Below, in pieces: positions 1 to 6,735 of a stretch of DNA of 19,899 nt. This stretch comes from Promethearchaeota archaeon (GTDB lineage: Archaea > Asgardarchaeota > Lokiarchaeia > Sigyniarchaeales > SOKP01): contig JAEOTP010000053.1 of NCBI GenBank assembly GCA_016839765.1, positions 1-19,899 of the forward strand, written 5' to 3'. Every line of letters starts with the position of its first letter. Within the stretch, counting starts at the first letter, position 1. Both the position numbers and the translations under genes were made by a program. The notes below the pieces were generated by a model. The model ran no database searches. It was not told the DNA's origin and worked only from the letters and a program-made list of their open reading frames with translations.

Positions 1-8
1 AATAAAAG

Positions 9-968
9 TTATTTAAGGTATTTACTTCTTTCTAAATGTTTACTTATTATTCCTGATTCCCAATAATTGTAAATTTCCAATAAAAAGCCTTTCATCTTCT
101 TTTTTGGAAAAAATAAATCGAATTTAAGTAAATTTTCAAGAGTTATTTCGGATTTATTAGAAGCTATAAATGATAAGATTGCTTGATCCACAATAGTTTG
201 GTTTTTCCGAATTTTGCCTCGTATATAATTAAAAGGAGTGCTATCAGGATTTTTAACTATATATGAGTGGCTTGAAGTTAGAAGATCAGCTTGTTCAAGA
301 AAAATTTCTTCTGCCAAATCGATATCCTTTAAGTACTGCTCAATTAAACATTCATCAAATCCATACCACGGACCAAATCCATCCGCTCCTGGATTAGGCT
401 GATCGAAACCTAAACAACTTATATGGATAATTCTTTCTTTTGCGAGTAAAAATCCAATATGAGATTTTGAATGCCCCAAAAAAGGAATGGTTTCAATAGT
501 AAAATCTTCAAACTCTAATAAATCACCCGGTTTGAAAGAGTTAACTCTCTTGCATTTTTTATAACCATTTACCTCTCCAAATTTTTGTATAATGGAATAA
601 TCCATTGCTTTACTAAATCCAAAACCTCTATAAAAATTCTTTAGATTCTGTAAATATGTTGATTCTGGGAATGGAGCATAAATTTTTGCTCCTAGACTTT
701 CCCATTGATGTACATGAGCAATATGATCCATATGACCATGACTACATACGTAATCTGATACTGGACCATAAATTTCATTAACTTTCTTAACTAAATAAGG
801 CTCAATATTTAAATCTAAAACTATGCTATTGGAATTTCTCTCCTTCTTAGGCAGAATAACAAGTCCATCACAACAAGAAAAACGAAATGGAGGTTTAATT
901 TGATGAATTTTTAAAATATCATCAGTAACTTTATTAATTTCTAAATTTTCAATATTAGGTAATTGCAT
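9..968 (-). CDS. Metallo-beta-lactamase-fold metallohydrolase
   Basis: HxHxDH motif (SHGHMDH), GHSKSH and a C-terminal SSH. The ORF track starts at TTG 1016. ATG 968 (MQLPNIE) is preferred because a TATA-like TTTAATA lies at 1002-996. Confidence 0.85.
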   Translation of the reverse strand: MQLPNIENLEINKVTDDILKIHQIKPPFRFSCCDGLVILPKKERNSNSIVLDLNIEPYLVKKVNEIYGPVSDYVCSHGHMDHIAHVHQWESLGAKIYAPFPESTYLQNLKNFYRGFGFSKAMDYSIIQKFGEVNGYKKCKRVNSFKPGDLLEFEDFTIETIPFLGHSKSHIGFLLAKERIIHISCLGFDQPNPGADGFGPWYGFDECLIEQYLKDIDLAEEIFLEQADLLTSSHSYIVKNPDSTPFNYIRGKIRKNQTIVDQAILSFIASNKSEITLENLLKFDLFFPKKKMKGFLLEIYNYWESGIISKHLERSKYLK

Positions 969-1064
969 TTGATTTAGAATGATTTTTTCTATCAGTATTA
1001 AATAAAATTGATACAAAATTAAGAACTTAACTTTTATACAATCAAATTTTCCAAATTTATAAAA

Positions 1065-2543
1065 TCAATCTCTCTCTAAAACTTTATCTGGATTCCAAAA
1101 GGATCTAACACCATGAAAATCCCTGAAGTTATTTATATTATGTGCTAAAAAACTAAATGTTGCAAATATTCGATATGAGCTCGTAATAGTCCTATAAAAC
1201 TCTTTTAAAATATATTTGGGATCTCTTAAAAACTTTCTAAACATTTCCAGAATTAGATTTGAAATTTCCTCGGTTGGAATCCCATTGGGATCTATGTCTG
1301 GAATATGAACTCCATCTTCCCAATATTTTTCCTCATCTAGAATGTTTTTTTCTACTAATTCATCCCAAATGTCTGTTCCTGGCATTGTTCCAAGAAGATT
1401 AAAAACAGGGAAATCTATATTCAATTTTTGAGCAAATTTCAATGTGTTATATACTTCTCTAAAAGTTTCACCTGGTGCTCCAACTATAAAGGAACCTAAA
1501 ATAAAGGGAATTTTTGATTTTCTTGCCTTCTTTACTGCCAATATTGATTGAGCAGGAGTAATCCCTTTTTTATAATAATCAAGAATTCTCTGGTTTGCAC
1601 TTTCTATACCATAACAAATGATTCTACAATTAACTCGACGCATTTCCCTTAACACTTCAACCGACTCTTGAGTAACCCTTCCTTGACACATCCAATTCAT
1701 ATCAATCTTGTTTTTTCGCATTGATTGGCAAAGCTTAAGTACCCTTTTCTTTGAAAATGTGAAATTATCATCTACGAAATTTATGAATCTAAAGCCCTCA
1801 CTATCTAAATAAAGAATTTCTTCCATTATATTTTCTACTGAGCGAGTTCTAAATCCAACAGACCTTCTTCCATAACAAAAAGTACAATGATATGGGCATC
1901 CACGAGATGAAACTATTGAAGTAAAACCTTTTGAAACTAAATCTAAATTACCGAAGTTCCCTGTATATTCGATCTTTAGGGATTTTCTATCGGGGAATGG
2001 TAATGAATCAAGATCCTTTATTAGCTCACTATTTTCATTTCTTAAAATATTTCCATTATTTCTATATGTTATTCCCTTAACATCTTTTAAAGGAAGGTTT
2101 CTTTCAAATGCTTTAATTAATTCCAAAATGGTATATTCTCCCTCATCTCTTACGCAAATATCAACCTGGGGATATTTGTTTAAGATTCTATAATCATTAA
2201 CCGTTGCATGGCGATTTCCAAATATTATTTTAATATTAGGATTCCACTTTTTCACTTCTTTTGCAGTTATTGCAGCACTAATCCCTGATCCGGAGGCTGT
2301 TAAAGTAGAAAAACCTAAAATATCAGGGTCTTTCTTTTTTATCCATTTAACAATTTGTTCTAAACTAAAACCTCTCGCAGCTTGGTCGATAATTTCAACT
2401 TTATAGTTTGCCTTCTTCAAAATGGCACTTAAATAGCAGATACCCAGAGGTGGATAAAAGTAGTCCACGTTTGCTAGAAGTCTGCCCTTTTCTAAAACAT
2501 CCCCGGGCCCTGGATTAATTAAAGCTATTTTAAAAATCTTCAC
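1065..2543 (-). CDS. B12-binding domain radical SAM protein (class B methyltransferase-like)
   Basis: N-terminal cobalamin-binding domain (PPLGICYLSAIL, PDILGFS, EGEYT), SRGCPYHCTFC = CxxxCxxC, FVDDNF, GIESANQRIL, FIVGAPGET. GTG start. Confidence 0.92.
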   Translation of the reverse strand: MKIFKIALINPGPGDVLEKGRLLANVDYFYPPLGICYLSAILKKANYKVEIIDQAARGFSLEQIVKWIKKKDPDILGFSTLTASGSGISAAITAKEVKKWNPNIKIIFGNRHATVNDYRILNKYPQVDICVRDEGEYTILELIKAFERNLPLKDVKGITYRNNGNILRNENSELIKDLDSLPFPDRKSLKIEYTGNFGNLDLVSKGFTSIVSSRGCPYHCTFCYGRRSVGFRTRSVENIMEEILYLDSEGFRFINFVDDNFTFSKKRVLKLCQSMRKNKIDMNWMCQGRVTQESVEVLREMRRVNCRIICYGIESANQRILDYYKKGITPAQSILAVKKARKSKIPFILGSFIVGAPGETFREVYNTLKFAQKLNIDFPVFNLLGTMPGTDIWDELVEKNILDEEKYWEDGVHIPDIDPNGIPTEEISNLILEMFRKFLRDPKYILKEFYRTITSSYRIFATFSFLAHNINNFRDFHGVRSFWNPDKVLERD

Positions 2544-2660
2544 ACCTCAATTATACACTTATTTCATTAGCTTCAGTTAAAAAATCTTCTACTTTCTTTT
2601 TTATTTATCTCTAGAGAATTTAAACTTGAATTCAGTATAAATAGAACTATTATAGAATTT

Positions 2661-2679
2661 AAAAAAAACCAAAAAAAAA
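2661..2679 (-). terminator. Oligo-T archaeal-type terminator downstream of lsrF
   Basis: T9-GG-T8 on the minus strand, starting about 19 nt after the lsrF stop. Confidence 0.5.
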
Positions 2680-2697
2680 TAATATTGAAAATAATAA

Positions 2698-3492
2698 TCA
2701 TAGCCCTAAGGGACCATTTTTGTAAATTTCAAATGCCTCATCTACCGAAGCTTTTTCATGGACAATTGCTCTTACAGCTTTAATCATGCCTAATGGACTA
2801 TTAGATTGAAAAATATTTCTTCCCATGTCCACTCCTACTGCCCCCTTATCAACTGCATTTTTAGCCATCTGAAGAGCATCTCGTTCTTCAATTTTTTTAC
2901 CACCAGCTATAACAATTGGTGCTGGGCAGATACTTGTGACCTCTTCAAAATTTTCGCAATAATAAGTCTTCACGAAGGTTGCACCCATTTCTGCTGCCAT
3001 TCTACTTGCCATTCCTAGATATCGTGCATCCCTAACCATTTCACGTCCAACTGCAGTGACAGCTAAGGTAGGAATTCCATATTCTTGCCCCCAGTTTACT
3101 AACTTCGATAAATTCATTAAAGATTGTTTCTCATACTCTCCCCCCACAAAGATTGAGCAAGTAATTGCTGAAACATTTAATCTTATCGCGTCATCAATAG
3201 CTACGTTAATTTCTTCATTAGAAAGTTCCTTAAGCATACTAGCACCAGCTGAAACTCTTAATACAACTGGAACGTCTATTTCTGAGGGTACACAATTTCT
3301 TAACATACCTCTAGTTAACATAAGGGCATCAGCGTACTCAAATAATGGCTTCATATCAGTAAAGCATTTTAATTGACCTGGAATATTCCCAAAATATCCA
3401 TGATCTATTGCCAGCATAACACATCGTCCGGATTTAGGCTTAATAATCCTATTAAAGCGGTTTTGAAAGCCCCAATCGCCTACTAAAACCAT
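2698..3492 (-). CDS. lsrF: LsrF-family 3-hydroxy-5-phosphonooxypentane-2,4-dione thiolase / class I aldolase
   Basis: LsrF-type N-terminus DWGFQNRFNRII..SGRCVMLAIDHGYF, Schiff-base Lys in FVKTYY, IVIAGGKK, GVDMGRNIFQS. Confidence 0.88.
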   Translation of the reverse strand: MVLVGDWGFQNRFNRIIKPKSGRCVMLAIDHGYFGNIPGQLKCFTDMKPLFEYADALMLTRGMLRNCVPSEIDVPVVLRVSAGASMLKELSNEEINVAIDDAIRLNVSAITCSIFVGGEYEKQSLMNLSKLVNWGQEYGIPTLAVTAVGREMVRDARYLGMASRMAAEMGATFVKTYYCENFEEVTSICPAPIVIAGGKKIEERDALQMAKNAVDKGAVGVDMGRNIFQSNSPLGMIKAVRAIVHEKASVDEAFEIYKNGPLGL

Positions 3493-3515
3493 TTTAAATC
3501 ACTTTTTATTCTTTT

Positions 3516-3563
3516 GATTGCATTTTTGAATTATTTTGATAAATAAATTAACGATTGCATTTT
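3516..3563. repeat. 11-bp direct repeat GATTGCATTTT x2 upstream of lsrF, candidate regulator sites
   Basis: Exact copies at 3516-3526 and 3553-3563, between a TATA-like element (3592-3586) and the lsrF start. Confidence 0.45.
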
Positions 3564-3673
3564 ATTTTTTCTATACAAAGTTCAGTATTAAAAAAGATTA
3601 ATTAATATTTTAAACAAGACATAAAATTCTTCCTCTATATTTATTAAATATATTAATTGCATAGTAAAACAGC

Positions 3674-4510
3674 TTAAAGAAGATTTAAAAATTCTTCCAC
3701 TTTACTTTTTATTTTTGCTGCTAATTTAGGAGAATATCTTTGTTTTATAAAATCCTTAATTAAGCTTATTCGATAATAGTTAGGTTTAGGAATCATTAGT
3801 TCTCGTGCTATTCGGTCTACTAGATCCTCGTCATATATTTCTTTTACCTTTTCTAAAACCCTTTTAACATATTCAGCTTCTCTTACCAATTTCGAAATAC
3901 TTTGTTGAATTAGATTCACTTGTTCTTCTTCATCAAAAATATCTAGCGCTTTTCTGATCATTTCTTCTTCAAATTTTAACTTTTCCTCCCATGGTGTTTG
4001 TAAGATATTTTGATGAGTATCCATAAGGAAAGCATTCTTGTCATTTAACTTTATTTTATTATAATCAGTTTCATCAAAAAAACTAACATTAGAGGTACCC
4101 CGATAGGCTTCTGGGAGTAATTTCTCACCAATTTTATTAATAACATACGAAAAATCTTCAGATTCCTTATCTCTTATAATATATATAGGATAATTAAATA
4201 TTTTAGCATGAATCAAGCAAAATACTCCATATAAACCATACAAGTTTATGAAGTGTTTCATACTAAATTTCTTTCTTTTATCTTCCCTTTCGGCAACTGT
4301 TTTCATTAACAAATCAATTCGGTCATAACCTCTGACAATACCCTTGGTATCAACAAATACAATGAATTGATGTTCTTTACACACTCCACCTTGAGGAACT
4401 TGTATTTTAATCGTTCCAAATTTTTTCTGAGAAAAAATTCTCATAGGAACTTTAATTACTTTAACTAAGGAACATGTTGGACATGTAACTTCAATTTCTT
4501 TGTAGCTCAT
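3674..4510 (-). CDS. Hypothetical protein with N-terminal CxxC...CxxH zinc-binding domain (Lokiarchaeia-type family)
   Basis: 278-aa ORF with CPTC (C10, C13) and CKEH (C44, H47), followed by FIVFVDTKGIVRGY and a helical charged C-terminus. Confidence 0.8.
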   Translation of the reverse strand: MSYKEIEVTCPTCSLVKVIKVPMRIFSQKKFGTIKIQVPQGGVCKEHQFIVFVDTKGIVRGYDRIDLLMKTVAEREDKRKKFSMKHFINLYGLYGVFCLIHAKIFNYPIYIIRDKESEDFSYVINKIGEKLLPEAYRGTSNVSFFDETDYNKIKLNDKNAFLMDTHQNILQTPWEEKLKFEEEMIRKALDIFDEEEQVNLIQQSISKLVREAEYVKRVLEKVKEIYDEDLVDRIARELMIPKPNYYRISLIKDFIKQRYSPKLAAKIKSKVEEFLNLL

Positions 4511-4599
4511 CTTGTAATTATCTTATTTAAATCTTTAATACTAAATATTAATGCTTAAAACCTAAATTAATCTTTTGACTATTTAATATTCTTTTTAAA

Positions 4600-5325
4600 T
4601 TAAAAATTAGTTCTTATCAATAATTCTTCAAATTTTTCTTTCCAATCTGAATAATCATCTACATAATTATACCCACAAACCTTACTGAGAGCCTTATTTT
4701 CAATTATTTCTTTAATTTTATAAGCTCCATAAATAGTTCTTTTATTTGAACCGTAAGGATTAAGACGCATTCTTTCTTTAATAAGGAATACATAATCACA
4801 TATAAATAACACATCCTCAAATATATAAAATGTAAATCCTTGTGTATGTCCATTAATATGAAACGCTTCTATTCCATCTAATTCAAAATTTTCTAAAAAT
4901 AATTTATCAAAAGAGTGATTTTGAGCAAGTATATTTTGAGTATCATATTGATGGATCCAAATAAATGCAGTATAGTAGCTTCTATAGAGATTTGAAGCAC
5001 CTAGAAAATGGTGATGGGTAAATAATATTTTTTCCATTCTGTCTAGACTAGATTGAAAAGTAGAAGGACAATCAATCCAAATTTTCTGATTATCAGAAAT
5101 TATACAATATGCAAGATGCTCTAAACCCAATTTTGGTGAACTTTCTAAACTAAAAACTCTATTTGTAACTTTTTCCTTTTTAATACTATATTTTTTTGAA
5201 CAAAATTCAGCTGTTATAAATTTTTCCCTTGACGATCCACAGAAAGGGCAATTATCAGGAAGATAACCAATCATATTATAACCACATATTTCACAAACAA
5301 ATTGCTCCAATCTAAAAATATTCAT
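4600..5325 (-). CDS. Rubredoxin-like domain fused to a degenerate MBL-fold domain
   Basis: CEICGY...PDNCPFCG rubredoxin/zinc ribbon, then WIDCP, LFTHHHFLGA, GHTQG and LFICD in MBL motif order. Confidence 0.8.
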   Translation of the reverse strand: MNIFRLEQFVCEICGYNMIGYLPDNCPFCGSSREKFITAEFCSKKYSIKKEKVTNRVFSLESSPKLGLEHLAYCIISDNQKIWIDCPSTFQSSLDRMEKILFTHHHFLGASNLYRSYYTAFIWIHQYDTQNILAQNHSFDKLFLENFELDGIEAFHINGHTQGFTFYIFEDVLFICDYVFLIKERMRLNPYGSNKRTIYGAYKIKEIIENKALSKVCGYNYVDDYSDWKEKFEELLIRTNF

Positions 5326-5422
5326 GGAAATCTTGCTCTTTTTTTAATATTTAATTTTATATTTATTGAGATTTAATATTTTTTTGATATATTTATTTTT
5401 TTTAATGAAGATAGGTAATTTT

Positions 5423-6706
5423 ATGAAAATAGAGGCCTCAAAAGAAGATTCTGATTATATGTATAATTTTGTAAAAAAGATCATAAATGAATGTGGTCCT
5501 AGGATGCCTTGTAGCCCAGCAGAAGCTAAAGCTGCTGAAATAATAAAAAGAGAAATGGAAAAAATATGTGATACTGTTTCTTTGGAGCATTTTACATGCC
5601 ATCCTAAAGCATTCCTTGGGTGGATAAGATTAATTATGATTTGTATTCTGTCATCAATTGGACTTTATCTTATTATGCAATTACTTTCAAATCCTTTTTG
5701 GTTGGCGTTTATATCCATTATATCTTTCCTTTTAGTCTTTCTTTCAATAGTAATAATGTGGGAGGAATTTTTTAACTATCGAGAGTTTATTGACCCCTTA
5801 TTTCGCAAGAAATCGTCTCAAAATGTAATCGGAAAAATAATAAATGGAGAGCCAAAAAATATTATCATTTTTTCAGCTCATATAGACTCCGCAATCCAAT
5901 TTACTCTATTAAAGCTACTAAAATGGGGTTTTCTAGTTTTAGCTTTTGGAGGGATTTTGTTAATTCTAATTTGGTTGATTATTGCATTTTTAAATCTTAT
6001 GTTCATGGTGATTGGATTCATTACGCTTAAGTCAATCTTCTTCAATACTTCAATATGGCTACTAATAATCGGGAGTCCCTCTATTATTGGGTTGTTTTTC
6101 TTCGTACCTTCTGGAGAAAAAGGTAATGTAGTACCTGGTGCTGTCGATAATTTAAGTAGTTGCTCTGTTCTTATTGGGCTTGGGCGTTATCTCAAAAATA
6201 ATAAAGGTATTATTCCCAATAATACAGAAATTAGATTAATAGCATTTGGTTGCGAAGAGGCTGGTTTAAGAGGAGCATATCGGTATGTATCTTCGCATTT
6301 AGATGAATTAATCGATTACAATGCTATGGTTGTAAATATGGATGGATTAGAGACCCCTGATGGATTCCATGTTATCGATTATGAACCAACTACTAGAACA
6401 AAACATTCAGAAGAGATGGTACTAAAACTATTAAACGCAGCAAACCTCGTTGGAATAGAAGCAAAAAGATTAGGTTCTGGAAAATTAGAAAAAACTTTGG
6501 GTAGACTATCCGGTGGTTCTGATGCTGCAGCATTTTCAAAGGCAAATATAAAAGCAGGATTTATAAATTCAGCTGATTGGAAGACTAGATCGAGTTATTA
6601 TCATCAAGACACTGATACACCTGATAAAATTAAAAAAGGTACATTAGAAAATGCATTATGTATATGTATTGGATTTTTAATCAATGAATCAAAAAAAGTA
6701 GTATAA
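5423..6706 (+). CDS. Membrane-embedded M28 family zinc peptidase
   Basis: SAHIDS, GAVDNLS, GCEEAGLRGA, VNMDG, GSDAAAF, YYHQDTD plus several hydrophobic segments. ATG 5423 is preceded by AGGT. Alternative starts are ATG 5405 and TTG 5366. Confidence 0.9.
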   Translation: MKIEASKEDSDYMYNFVKKIINECGPRMPCSPAEAKAAEIIKREMEKICDTVSLEHFTCHPKAFLGWIRLIMICILSSIGLYLIMQLLSNPFWLAFISIISFLLVFLSIVIMWEEFFNYREFIDPLFRKKSSQNVIGKIINGEPKNIIIFSAHIDSAIQFTLLKLLKWGFLVLAFGGILLILIWLIIAFLNLMFMVIGFITLKSIFFNTSIWLLIIGSPSIIGLFFFVPSGEKGNVVPGAVDNLSSCSVLIGLGRYLKNNKGIIPNNTEIRLIAFGCEEAGLRGAYRYVSSHLDELIDYNAMVVNMDGLETPDGFHVIDYEPTTRTKHSEEMVLKLLNAANLVGIEAKRLGSGKLEKTLGRLSGGSDAAAFSKANIKAGFINSADWKTRSSYYHQDTDTPDKIKKGTLENALCICIGFLINESKKVV

Positions 6707-6735
6707 AAAAATAATAAAAAAATTTTGAATATTTT

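Noticed and set aside
2806-3376. Plus-strand ORFs 2806-3018 and 3056-3376
   Set aside because: Antisense shadows inside lsrF with no recognisable motifs.
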